Source of the DNA: a virus
Lineage: Duplodnaviria; Heunggongvirae; Uroviricota; Caudoviricetes
Strand: one strand, 5' to 3'
Virus record (IMG/VR): IMGVR_UViG_3300035682_000012
Coordinates: 6,073-70,072 of that record
DNA length: 64,000 bases
Part shown: one piece after another, positions 38,096-47,611 of the stretch
Layout: every line of letters begins with the position of its first letter
Numbering within the stretch: the stretch's first letter is position 1
Translations under genes and position numbers: made by a program
The notes under the pieces: model-generated
The model's database searches: none
Told to the model about the DNA's origin: nothing
Seen by the model: only the letters and a program-made list of their open reading frames with translations

Positions 38096-38806
38096 TTATT
38101 CTTTTATTTCTATTGAATTCCAATCATTTGTTTCAGTGTCCCATATCCAAATAGGATTAGCTAATACATAACGAATGTTTAATAACGATGCATTCAAACT
38201 TATCATACCCTCTAACGGCACTTCGGTTTCCTCTTTAATCATTCCACCACATTCATGTATGTGTCCAAATACGTGGACCTTAGGGTGTATGTCATTGATT
38301 CTATACGCTAACATCTCACATCCTACATTATAGTTGCCTCTCACACTCACATCAAATCTACCATATCTAGGTGTATGTGTCACTAACAAATCTACACTTC
38401 CGTCAGTTGGTACTTTTTGCCATACCGAATCTAATTCTGCATTTCTTTGTTTCATAAATGCCCACATACCAAATACAGGAGACCATGGACTACCATAGAT
38501 ACCTAACCCATCGATGTTTATAAAACTATCTTCTAAATAGGTAACTCCATAATTATTTGCCAATAACCAATTACGCCTATCGGTTTGCTGTAATACAAAA
38601 TCATGATTGCCCGCTACTAATACTTTATGTTTTGCATTTTGTTTACTAAACCAATTCATAAATAAATCAGTTTCTTCAAATTCACCATAACGAGTACAAT
38701 CCCCACTATGTACAATAATATCTACATACGGCAATTCACCATATAATTCAGTAATCTCAAGGTGTCTACCATGAGTGTCACTTAGGAACATTATTTTCAT
38801 AACCAA
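38096..38806 (-). CDS. calcineurin-like metallophosphoesterase
   Basis: 'MFLSDTHG' (DxH), 'HSGDCT' (GD), 'VAGNHDF' (GNHD/E), 'GHIHE'. Confidence 0.75.
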   Translation of the reverse strand: MVMKIMFLSDTHGRHLEITELYGELPYVDIIVHSGDCTRYGEFEETDLFMNWFSKQNAKHKVLVAGNHDFVLQQTDRRNWLLANNYGVTYLEDSFINIDGLGIYGSPWSPVFGMWAFMKQRNAELDSVWQKVPTDGSVDLLVTHTPRYGRFDVSVRGNYNVGCEMLAYRINDIHPKVHVFGHIHECGGMIKEETEVPLEGMISLNASLLNIRYVLANPIWIWDTETNDWNSIEIKE

Positions 38807-39935
38807 TTAATTTTTCTATTTCTAATATTGTATTGGTAGGATTAAAGCCTTCCATTATAAATTTATAATTCTTTTCTAATCTTTGTTGAACATTATCCGA
38901 TTCATATATTGCTTTAACTTCATCAATTGATAATTCATTGATTCGTTTTAAAGCATCTACAAATATTTCTATTCTTTCAGTTTCCGTTTTATTATCATCC
39001 CATCCAATTTCTAATCCAAATACATCTTCAAATGTTTCGATTCCATATCCTCTTAATGCTGAGTTAAACCCATTACATTGTAAAGATAAGAATATATTTT
39101 TACATAACCAAGATCTAATTGTTTTTTCTGTCAACCTTAAATCATCACCACTATCACCACTACTTTCAATAGTAAATGAAATATATGAATCTAATGAGTT
39201 TGTATTAATAGTATTATACATATCATTTGTATCTGAGCTTTGTATCTGTCCTAATGCTACCGCATCTTTGTTCTCATATATAAAAAACTCATTTACAAAT
39301 TGATTTAAGTATTCGGTATCAATTATTAAATCATCATTACCACTACGTCCCCCACCCGGTCTATTTCTATAATTAATAAAATCTTGTATTGTAGAAAGAT
39401 TACCAAACGTATCTTTTTTTATTATATTACCAAATGTATAATAACATTGGCTTAATTGAATATCTGCTTTTTTTAGCAATTCAAATATTTTAAGTCTTCG
39501 TAAATTTATAGACCTATTAAAGAAATTAAACTTCTTTGTTCTATTATTGTTTGGTATATAGGCTACTTTTGAAAATAAGTTTGTAAATGGATAACATCTA
39601 TTTTTAAATGATAAATCATTTTCAATACTATACACATCTAAATGCGTTGTTAAGAAATATATAGTATGATTTGTATTTCTACTTTCTATAATTGCTTTAC
39701 GCCTATGTTCATTACAATATTCATGTTTAATAAACAAAAATATATTTAATTTTATATTTGGATTTACCGATTTGTTTATATTATCAATTGTATCTAATGT
39801 AGTAAATAATACATCATTATCTTTAAGATTACCAATGTAACTAAAATCATTATGTTGTAATTCTATAAGATTATATCCAATTGATTCAAAATATTTAAAA
39901 TCTAAACCATAAATAGAATCGTAATAAAATGTCAT
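38778..39935 (-). CDS. GT10-family fucosyltransferase-like glycosyltransferase, divergent paralog
   Basis: 'FTIESSGDSGDDLRLTEKTIRSWLCKNIFLSLQ ... GYGIETF'. Confidence 0.45.
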   Translation of the reverse strand: MTFYYDSIYGLDFKYFESIGYNLIELQHNDFSYIGNLKDNDVLFTTLDTIDNINKSVNPNIKLNIFLFIKHEYCNEHRRKAIIESRNTNHTIYFLTTHLDVYSIENDLSFKNRCYPFTNLFSKVAYIPNNNRTKKFNFFNRSINLRRLKIFELLKKADIQLSQCYYTFGNIIKKDTFGNLSTIQDFINYRNRPGGGRSGNDDLIIDTEYLNQFVNEFFIYENKDAVALGQIQSSDTNDMYNTINTNSLDSYISFTIESSGDSGDDLRLTEKTIRSWLCKNIFLSLQCNGFNSALRGYGIETFEDVFGLEIGWDDNKTETERIEIFVDALKRINELSIDEVKAIYESDNVQQRLEKNYKFIMEGFNPTNTILEIEKLIGYENNVPK

Positions 39936-39936
39936 T

Positions 39937-40134
39937 TTATATTTTTAAATCTTTAATCGTATCAACTATATCTGCTTCATCTTTATAAATTTCATATACC
40001 TTATCCAATGCTTCATTATAGGCTGCTTCTGCTATTTTGTGTGCATCATCTAATTTAATATATGAAAATGTATCACCATCTTTGTTTTTAAGCGAAAGGA
40101 AGCCAGTTGCTTTTAATTTGTTTTCCCATTTCAT
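39937..40134 (-). CDS. hypothetical protein (65 aa)
   Basis: Minus-strand ORF. Confidence 0.45.
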   Translation of the reverse strand: MKWENKLKATGFLSLKNKDGDTFSYIKLDDAHKIAEAAYNEALDKVYEIYKDEADIVDTIKDLKI

Positions 40135-40309
40135 ATGTACTACTTTTTTGAATAAGTATCATCCTTTGTAAGTTTCCGTAATAAATCTTGCTGACCTTTT
40201 GTAAAGTTTCCTTTATCCGTCAGATGTTTATCTAATGATTCTAATAATTTAAGTTTACGGGTAAAGTAATCTCTCGCTTGCTCTAATAATAATCTATCAT
40301 ATCTGCTCA

Positions 40310-41521
40310 TTAATTAAATGTTTTAGTTATAGGGTCTTGTTTCCAATGATATATTTTTCCATTTATAGTAATACCATCTAAATAATAAACATTATCTTTC
40401 TGATATAAATTTAATTTGGACATCCATGCTTTTGAATTAGTTTGATATGTTATAATATTGTTTTCTTTAAACGTTTTATAATTATCAGTTGTTTTATACA
40501 CACTTAATTGAAATCCATTATACCAATTAGTACCACTATCGATTGTTCTATTTAATATTATTTCAGTTGTACCATCATTATCGATGTCGGCTGCTACAAT
40601 ATCCAATACCAATGCCCATCCATTTATATTTGGTTCACATATAATTGTATTGTTACTAAATTCATTATTATTATTCCAAAATATAGTAGATTTAGAATAC
40701 CTATCTGAATTTGGGAATCCTTCAAACCCAGTCATTATAATATCCAATTGATTATCTTCATTTACATCTAATATTTCAATTGTTAAATAACCGGATGCTC
40801 CTTTATATTTCCAATCGGTTGCATTAAAACTACCATTGCCACTACCATATAAAACTTTAATGCTATTTCCGGCAGTTACAACGATATCAATATTACCATC
40901 TTTATTTAAGTCACCACTTGCTCCCCCATGCCAAAAGGATTTACCAATATCAGGTAATGTTCCTATTTTATATTTGCCTGTTTTTTTGTCACTTAATAAC
41001 AATGTGTTGTTTTCGCCTGGCCAATAGTTATTACTTTCATATCCATGATTACATAAAAACAAATCCGGTAAACTATCATTATTAAAATCACCAACAATTG
41101 TTTTTCTTGTTGTTTGATTACCGGTGTAGTCACTCGGTAACATACTATTATCACTAATATATGTTTTACCTTTATTTATAAACACATCTGGTTTTGAATT
41201 AAATTCGCCATCCGATGTGTATGGATAAAAAATATCTTCTAATCCATCGTTATTCATATCTACATATACCCAACCATTATTACTATTACCATTGTATTTT
41301 CCAATATTCCTAATACCAAGGTTTGTTCTAAGTGAATCAATATTGATAAAGTTTTTTGTATTTTTTAATTCATATGATGTCTTACCATAATATATAATTT
41401 TTGGTAATTCAGTCGGTGTTAATACAATCGGTGTTACTACAATTGGTGGTATCACACTCGGTATAGTTTTATTACAACTAACCGCTATAACTAATATAAT
41501 TCCTAATACTATATTTTTCAT
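40310..41521 (-). CDS. exported FG-GAP/VCBS-repeat (integrin-alpha-like beta-propeller) lipoprotein
   Basis: Signal peptide plus 'AVSCNKT' lipobox; repeated 'DxNxDGxxD' blades (DMNNDGLEDIF, DFNNDSLPDLF, DLNKDGNIDIV, DVNEDNQLDII, DIDNDGTTEII). Confidence 0.6.
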   Translation of the reverse strand: MKNIVLGIILVIAVSCNKTIPSVIPPIVVTPIVLTPTELPKIIYYGKTSYELKNTKNFINIDSLRTNLGIRNIGKYNGNSNNGWVYVDMNNDGLEDIFYPYTSDGEFNSKPDVFINKGKTYISDNSMLPSDYTGNQTTRKTIVGDFNNDSLPDLFLCNHGYESNNYWPGENNTLLLSDKKTGKYKIGTLPDIGKSFWHGGASGDLNKDGNIDIVVTAGNSIKVLYGSGNGSFNATDWKYKGASGYLTIEILDVNEDNQLDIIMTGFEGFPNSDRYSKSTIFWNNNNEFSNNTIICEPNINGWALVLDIVAADIDNDGTTEIILNRTIDSGTNWYNGFQLSVYKTTDNYKTFKENNIITYQTNSKAWMSKLNLYQKDNVYYLDGITINGKIYHWKQDPITKTFN

Positions 41522-42078
41522 ATCATTTTATTATTATTACGATACCTGTTATTATTATTTAACAATTCACTTGCTTTTAAATTATTAACATCTATATTTA
41601 GATATTCACATAATTTTTTAAGTTCGGTTTTTGTTTTAAAAATGCCTTCATATGTTATATGAAATGCATCTATACTAACGATATCTTTATTTTGTTTAAT
41701 AAATTCTCTTTCTATTCTATGTATTTCATATATTCTGTCTGAAATCCATTTATCATTTATTTTATATTTTGAATGATAATCATAATTTGGTTTTTCATCA
41801 CAATATAATAAACTAACTGCACTATCAAATGTATCAGTACGTGTTAGTGTTATTACTTTATCAAACTTTGATATATAATTTGGTATATCTTTAATATGAT
41901 GATGTATTTCTTTAACAATAAAGTTATTACTATTTAACTCAAACTCAACCGGAAATAGTGGATTATGTAATTCGTTTATTGTTTTGTACCCCAACTCTAT
42001 TCCCAACCATTTTAATAAAGTTGTAGAACCACTCCTCATATTAGCAATAATTAATATTCTCATACTAATTTTTAACAA
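41518..42078 (-). CDS. sulfotransferase-family protein
   Basis: 'ILIIANMRSGSTTLLKWL' matches the PAPS 5'-phosphosulfate-binding P-loop ([PR]SGST.L). Confidence 0.5.
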   Translation of the reverse strand: MLKISMRILIIANMRSGSTTLLKWLGIELGYKTINELHNPLFPVEFELNSNNFIVKEIHHHIKDIPNYISKFDKVITLTRTDTFDSAVSLLYCDEKPNYDYHSKYKINDKWISDRIYEIHRIEREFIKQNKDIVSIDAFHITYEGIFKTKTELKKLCEYLNIDVNNLKASELLNNNNRYRNNNKMI

Positions 42079-42415
42079 ATAATTGAATACCTACTATTAC
42101 AAATCCCAATCCTAAACATAATGCATTCTTTAAACTTAATGGCTCTTTGAATAAAAAGTGTGACATCAAGGTAAATATAATTACACCGATACCAAATCCT
42201 AACAAACGAGAAGGCCATATCTGCCCACCAAACCCAGCTATGAATGAGTTTACACTTTGTATGTAAACCCATCCTAGTGGTAATGATGCTAATATAACCA
42301 ACCATTGATACTTCTCATACCAACCATACTTGTAACTACCTTGTAATTGTAAGAATGTACCAATCTGTCCTAAGATACCAAATAAGATACCTATGATTAT
42401 TTTATTATAATTCAT
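42065..42415 (-). CDS. 4-TM small membrane transporter-like protein (SMR/EamA-like)
   Basis: 116 aa, four hydrophobic helices, Gly-rich motifs similar to ArnE/EmrE-type proteins. Confidence 0.35.
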   Translation of the reverse strand: MNYNKIIIGILFGILGQIGTFLQLQGSYKYGWYEKYQWLVILASLPLGWVYIQSVNSFIAGFGGQIWPSRLLGFGIGVIIFTLMSHFLFKEPLSLKNALCLGLGFVIVGIQLFVKN

Positions 42416-43034
42416 TTGTTATATATTTTCTTTTCAAAATACATTCGTAATAATCCACAACCTCATCTTTGCCATCTTTACTACGAACCCATTTTTGTCC
42501 AAATTCTTTTTTACATTGCTCTATTCTCTCTCTCTTTGATTTAGTTTTATCGGTATGGTTTTTATAATATAACCAACTTGTCCAATAGTGGTCGTGGTAA
42601 GGACTATAAATTGTTATTGCTATTTGATAACCAAAGAACACAAACGAAAATACAGGGTTCCATTCAAATCTATAATCGGTATCAGTCCACTTTATTTTCC
42701 AACCCAACCCACAATAACTGAATCCTACTTTAAGTGGTACTGCAAAGTTATAGTTTTTCTTTTCTTCAAATAACTCCTCAAAAGATTTTATCTTACGAGC
42801 ATGCGTAGGATTTAATTCATTGTATTTCTTTTGTGTTGCTATTTCCGATGTAACCGCTGCAGTTATCAGTTTATTATTTCCTTTAACCCATTTTCTAGGA
42901 AAGAAATAAGGAACACCTATTGCTATTTTACCAGCATAGAAACCAACTTTAAATGGTTTGAATGGTGAGTTTAATATTCCCAACCAACTGAAACGATTTA
43001 TTAAGTATTTTAATTCAAATTTTAACTTATTCAT
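42405..43034 (-). CDS. hypothetical protein (209 aa)
   Basis: Minus-strand ORF. Confidence 0.5.
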   Translation of the reverse strand: MNKLKFELKYLINRFSWLGILNSPFKPFKVGFYAGKIAIGVPYFFPRKWVKGNNKLITAAVTSEIATQKKYNELNPTHARKIKSFEELFEEKKNYNFAVPLKVGFSYCGLGWKIKWTDTDYRFEWNPVFSFVFFGYQIAITIYSPYHDHYWTSWLYYKNHTDKTKSKRERIEQCKKEFGQKWVRSKDGKDEVVDYYECILKRKYITNEL

Positions 43035-43039
43035 ATTAC

Positions 43040-43270
43040 CTATTTTTTATTTTCAATGTTTTTATTATGGAGTTCAACAAAATACTCCGCAATATGTTTA
43101 TGCAACTCCCCAGATCCAACTATCCAATATTCATCTTGACTATCCCCATCATCAAAAAGTATAGGTTCAATAGGCTTTATAGTCCTACACCAACATCTTT
43201 CTCCTTGATTACAAGTGCCTATTTGCCATTTAATAGTAAGTGCTTTTTGTTCTGCTTCTTCAAATTTCAT
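43040..43270 (-). CDS. hypothetical protein (76 aa)
   Basis: Minus-strand ORF. Confidence 0.45.
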   Translation of the reverse strand: MKFEEAEQKALTIKWQIGTCNQGERCWCRTIKPIEPILFDDGDSQDEYWIVGSGELHKHIAEYFVELHNKNIENKK

Positions 43271-43292
43271 ACTATCTATTTAATTTTGTTAT

Positions 43293-43508
43293 TTAATATA
43301 CTTCAATATCATTTAGTTCAACTAATTCACCTTGAGTATGTCTATATACCCTATCAAAAAATTCTCCTAACAATTTATAATCCTCAGGAATCATATGACA
43401 AAAATCAAATGCGGGAATTGCATCATGAATTTTACCTTGAACCACTTTATCCCGTTTATCATCTGGTTTGTATTCAAACACAATATGACCTCTAAAAATA
43501 TATTTCAT
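43293..43508 (-). CDS. hypothetical protein (71 aa)
   Basis: Minus-strand ORF. Confidence 0.45.
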   Translation of the reverse strand: MKYIFRGHIVFEYKPDDKRDKVVQGKIHDAIPAFDFCHMIPEDYKLLGEFFDRVYRHTQGELVELNDIEVY

Positions 43509-43509
43509 A

Positions 43510-44034
43510 CTATCTATTTAATTTTGTTATACATTCATCAATCTTATTTCTTAACTTACCTTTGAATTGCATTTCACCATTTACTTTTACGTGTCTCCAT
43601 TGTGGGATATTCATAAACTTAAAGTGTAATGCTACATTCAAATCATCAATTGCTATCCAATTACTAATCTTATTATCTTTAACCCACTTTGCTATTTGTG
43701 CCGCTCTCATATAATCATTTGAACATCTACTCATCTTATCCCACAGGTATTGATATGTTGTTGTATCAATTAAATGTGAACGATGTATTCCATAGTGTTG
43801 AAATATTGCACGCATCTGGTCAAATGAAAAATGATTTCTCCAATCTGAGCTCAATACTAACTCAGCATTTGTTTCATCTAATATAGTTTTCAATGCTTCA
43901 CATTCAGGTATATCCCAAGCATATGGTATTGTAAATGGTGATACATTTCCTTCATCAATTATAACCTTTCCATCACCCCAATTTCCCCACGCTAAAGGCC
44001 CATCTACATCTATGAATATTATTTTCTTTCTCAT
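43510..44034 (-). CDS. HAD-superfamily phosphatase-like protein
   Basis: N-terminal 'KIIFIDVDGPL' (HAD motif I DxD) and later 'IAIDDL'. Confidence 0.45.
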   Translation of the reverse strand: MRKKIIFIDVDGPLAWGNWGDGKVIIDEGNVSPFTIPYAWDIPECEALKTILDETNAELVLSSDWRNHFSFDQMRAIFQHYGIHRSHLIDTTTYQYLWDKMSRCSNDYMRAAQIAKWVKDNKISNWIAIDDLNVALHFKFMNIPQWRHVKVNGEMQFKGKLRNKIDECITKLNR

Positions 44035-44037
44035 AAC

Positions 44038-45147
44038 TTATTCGTATTCGTTTCTATCAATATTAATTACATATGGAAAACGGGGAATACCATCAGGTGT
44101 TAAATTAAAATACTTAATCGTTGCTTGCTTACCGATTAGTTTCTTTTTACTCTTTAACATTTCAGCCGTTTCATCCCATGTTCCTTTTACATTTGATTTG
44201 AAAGGTTTTCCATCAATCGTTTCAAATACCATATAACCAGCAGTGCCGGTTCTATTACCCTCACCCTCTACAATATCTAAGATAGTATATTCATCATCAA
44301 CAAACGATTTGTGTTTTAATAAATTCTTACTTCGTTTGTTTTCATACTTACCATCTATTCTTAAGATTTGACCTTCATAACCTTGTTCTACATATCCACC
44401 ATATAATTCCTCAACCATATCTGCATTATCAACTTTATATGTTTGTACTATTCTACAATACTTACCTACTTGTGAAAATGTTTCAAATAGTATTCCTAAA
44501 TCATACATTCTTTTTACAAAGTTATTATCTGAACTAGGTAAATCGTATATGTGATACTCTATACTTTTTTCACTTTCAATTAAATCCTCTTTAGTTGGTT
44601 TTGTTTTTTTAACCAAAGATACAATCTTATTGAAATCATTAGCGAACTTATCGGCATATAACTCACCATCTAATATCAAATCAGGATTCATTACAAATAC
44701 ATGCCATAAGCTATACATGATATGTTGCGCTGAAAGAATAGGTTTACCATTTCTGCTAAACATACCATCTTTTGTCACTATACAACGAATACCATCTAAC
44801 TTAGCTTGCGAATAAATTGGATATGTAACTTTATCTTTACAATCCTCCCACTTTGCAGCTAACATTGGTTCAAAGTATTGTGTTTTGTTTATGTGTTTAA
44901 TATTCTCAAAGTAACCACTCTCTAATTTCTTAGTTCGTTTAGCTACCGCCTCTGCCATCGTTTGTTCTTTATCCGTAGTTTCATTTGCTCTACCAATATT
45001 CTTACCATAACAAATTGTCCACTCATTCGTAGTAATAGCACCGCCAACTTGTCCACTATGGGTTCGGTATTTATTACCTACTACTTCAATTGTCCATTCT
45101 TGCGTTGCACCGGTCTTTGTTTTTTTGTAAATTGTTTCTAATTTCAT
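44038..45147 (-). CDS. ATP-dependent DNA ligase
   Basis: Motif I 'AKLDGIR', motif III 'LILDGELY', motif IV 'EGQILR', motif V 'NLLKHK'. Confidence 0.85.
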   Translation of the reverse strand: MKLETIYKKTKTGATQEWTIEVVGNKYRTHSGQVGGAITTNEWTICYGKNIGRANETTDKEQTMAEAVAKRTKKLESGYFENIKHINKTQYFEPMLAAKWEDCKDKVTYPIYSQAKLDGIRCIVTKDGMFSRNGKPILSAQHIMYSLWHVFVMNPDLILDGELYADKFANDFNKIVSLVKKTKPTKEDLIESEKSIEYHIYDLPSSDNNFVKRMYDLGILFETFSQVGKYCRIVQTYKVDNADMVEELYGGYVEQGYEGQILRIDGKYENKRSKNLLKHKSFVDDEYTILDIVEGEGNRTGTAGYMVFETIDGKPFKSNVKGTWDETAEMLKSKKKLIGKQATIKYFNLTPDGIPRFPYVINIDRNEYE

Positions 45148-45164
45148 ATTTTAGGTTTTATATT

Positions 45165-45503
45165 TTATTTACGTTTATCATATTCGGCATCTAAAATCCC
45201 TTGCATTGAAGCTAAGAAATTCTTTTTATCTAGTAATCTATCTTTCGGCCATGCTGTAATTGAAATAAATTTATCATAGTGTTCATAACATACGCAAATA
45301 TTATAACCAAATTCCCCTGCTTTTCTTTCAATTTGAATAGCGGCACCAACACTATCTTTACTATTACTATTTCTACTTAAACGAATATTATAATGGTCTG
45401 CGTTTATGTGATGTTCACTAGCACCACATACTTCTACTCCCAAGACTTCCCATTTTCCAATGTATGTATTTTTTAATTTTTCTATATTATTTAGTGTTAG
45501 CAT
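45165..45503 (-). CDS. MLTIKN-family small protein
   Basis: MLTLNNIEKLKNTY. Confidence 0.55.
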   Translation of the reverse strand: MLTLNNIEKLKNTYIGKWEVLGVEVCGASEHHINADHYNIRLSRNSNSKDSVGAAIQIERKAGEFGYNICVCYEHYDKFISITAWPKDRLLDKKNFLASMQGILDAEYDKRK

Positions 45504-45530
45504 ATATTATGATTTTTTATTATATGAGTA

Positions 45531-45655
45531 GTCATTCTCTCAACTCAATACATAAAGATACGACTTTATATTGAATTGGCAATGCCCAAAGTGAACTAAT
45601 TTTAAAAGTTTTTATTGAGAATCAACTAGTTACGTCAATATAACCTTATCATATT
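45531..45655. repeat. ~120 bp repeated intergenic element, copy A
   Basis: 'cattctctcaactcaatacataaagatacgactttatattg...caaagtgaactaattttaa...ttacgtcaatat' aligns along its length with copies at 53911..54035 and (more loosely) 19111..19230. Confidence 0.55.
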
Positions 45656-45683
45656 AGTATTTTTTATTATATGATACCTAATA

Positions 45684-46007
45684 TTATTTAAAATTATAGT
45701 TATCCAATTTTGCTAAACATTTTGTTATCATAGTTGCCAAATCAGCTGCACTTCTAACATCTGAATTATCTATTTCGACTTCGGTAGCTGCTGCCCATCC
45801 CATAACATATAGTTTATAATTACCTTGTGGTTTTTTATCTCTGTCTAAATAAACTTCACAATCCGGTTTGCCCGCACCATCATCTTTAAATACAAATACA
45901 TAAGAATCATAATTCATTCTTTGATTATGTAGATTATAAAATTCTTTTATGGTTCGGCTATTACAAGTATAACCAACCATTTTTTCTATGTTTTTTATTG
46001 TAAGCAT
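45684..46007 (-). CDS. MLTIKN-family small protein (start at internal MLTIKNIEKM)
   Basis: Internal ATG. Confidence 0.55.
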   Translation of the reverse strand: MLTIKNIEKMVGYTCNSRTIKEFYNLHNQRMNYDSYVFVFKDDGAGKPDCEVYLDRDKKPQGNYKLYVMGWAAATEVEIDNSDVRSAADLATMITKCLAKLDNYNFK

Positions 46008-46008
46008 A

Positions 46009-46272
46009 TTATAATTTTTCAAGTTTAGCAATTACATCCATTACATCTTCGGGTCTTAAATAACCAAGTACATCATTCGTAATCGGCGTATCGTAACATA
46101 TTTCACCATCTTTGAAAATAGCTAATTCATACAATCCGATATCACCACCATACGAGTGCGGACTTTGTACTACTGATACTTCATATCCATTATCTAATTT
46201 AGTTCTACTTACAATACCAAACTCAGCACCCATAGGGTTTGTTTTAAATTCAATATCTTTAAATGTTTTCAT
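46009..46272 (-). CDS. hypothetical protein (87 aa)
   Basis: Minus-strand ORF. Confidence 0.45.
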   Translation of the reverse strand: MKTFKDIEFKTNPMGAEFGIVSRTKLDNGYEVSVVQSPHSYGGDIGLYELAIFKDGEICYDTPITNDVLGYLRPEDVMDVIAKLEKL

Positions 46273-46325
46273 AATTTGTTTTATTTAATCTATAAAGGTA
46301 GTTAATTTTTCTGATACTACCAAAT

Positions 46326-46676
46326 CTATTTATATGCTTTAATAGGTTTAATTTTCATTTGCCAATTATTGTTACCCGCCATTTGGCATATCATATAACC
46401 AAACCAATCTTTGTTTTTAATACAATTCAAAGTCACTTCGGTTCTTAAATGAGATGCGTGTGTTTGATACATAACATAGTTACCACTATATTTTGCACTG
46501 CTATCCCTTAATAGAGTAAATCCAATGTAATCTTGTATTGTTCCATTTTGTTTTATCAATGAAACTGTTATTGCATACTTTTCCGTACCTTCGTTTATAT
46601 CCTCAATGGATAATGTATAACCATCACATTCAATATAATTACCTTTAAGTTCATTAAAGTTTTTAATGGTTAGCAT
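46326..46676 (-). CDS. MLTIKN-family small protein
   Basis: MLTIKNFNELKGNY. Confidence 0.6.
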   Translation of the reverse strand: MLTIKNFNELKGNYIECDGYTLSIEDINEGTEKYAITVSLIKQNGTIQDYIGFTLLRDSSAKYSGNYVMYQTHASHLRTEVTLNCIKNKDWFGYMICQMAGNNNWQMKIKPIKAYK

Positions 46677-46679
46677 ACA

Positions 46680-47207
46680 CTATGGTTTAAGTTGTTTAAT
46701 ATGTTTACAAGTTTGTGGTGTTTCTTTACTATACTGATATGCAGGACAAGTACAACTCCAATCACTAGTTCCAAGTACATTTTCGGTCACTTCATATGTT
46801 GTATTAGGACCTGAACTACTCGCTACACTATGTTTAATTTCAGTTAACGTCATATCAGTCATACCCATTGTATCAGGTTGTACCACTTCTAAATTAACTT
46901 TATTTGCCACATCATACATACTATCGATAACAAATTCCTTAAATCGTTCTATCGTTAGAATTGAATCTTTTACGATAGGCATATCTTCATGTATATACCA
47001 ACCATCCATACCATCACCAATTGCACATATTTTAACATTGTATTGGTTTTTATCCCAATTCATTTCAAACAATACACAATTTTTCCAACTTCCATCGTAT
47101 CGTTGCTGAACAAAGAATCCCTCTTTACATACATCAATTTCAATTTCAGTATTTCCAAATTTAATTTTTTCGTTATCTACTTTGTGAAAGTTTTCTGGCT
47201 TTTTCAT
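46680..47207 (-). CDS. SWIM zinc-finger protein
   Basis: C-terminal 'CTCPAYQYSKETPQTCKHI' (CxCx(n)CxH). Confidence 0.55.
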   Translation of the reverse strand: MKKPENFHKVDNEKIKFGNTEIEIDVCKEGFFVQQRYDGSWKNCVLFEMNWDKNQYNVKICAIGDGMDGWYIHEDMPIVKDSILTIERFKEFVIDSMYDVANKVNLEVVQPDTMGMTDMTLTEIKHSVASSSGPNTTYEVTENVLGTSDWSCTCPAYQYSKETPQTCKHIKQLKP

Positions 47208-47608
47208 ATTTTATAAATTTTAATTTTTCTTAATTTAGTTTGTTTATCGTTTGCTCCAATTAATATATCAATTCGTTTCGTATATCGTTTGTTCATTACA
47301 TCGTGAACTCTATATGTACCATCATATTTGCCGGCACCAACAATTCTAATCTTTTGTCCAAACTTATATTTCTTTTTTAAATCTCTACTAACTGCAATAA
47401 TTCTATGTTTCTTTGGATTAGTAATCTTAAATCCACTCGCAGTTATATTTGGTGTACTATCCGTTTCGGCTGCATTTGCTTTATATGTGGTTAGTGTCAC
47501 TATTTCGGGAGTAATCGTTTCAATCATTGTGTTGATTCTTAATTCCTCTCGTTCCATTTCGTAAGGTAAACATACCATTGCGATTGCTAGTATTATATTG
47601 TAATTCAT
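47204..47608 (-). CDS. 3D-domain (MltA-like) protein with N-terminal membrane anchor
   Basis: N-terminal TM; 'ITASGF ... IIAVSRDL ... GQKIRIVGAGKYDGTYRVHDVMNKRYTKRIDILI' resembles the 3D-domain core. Confidence 0.4.
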   Translation of the reverse strand: MNYNIILAIAMVCLPYEMEREELRINTMIETITPEIVTLTTYKANAAETDSTPNITASGFKITNPKKHRIIAVSRDLKKKYKFGQKIRIVGAGKYDGTYRVHDVMNKRYTKRIDILIGANDKQTKLRKIKIYKI

Positions 47609-47611
47609 AAC

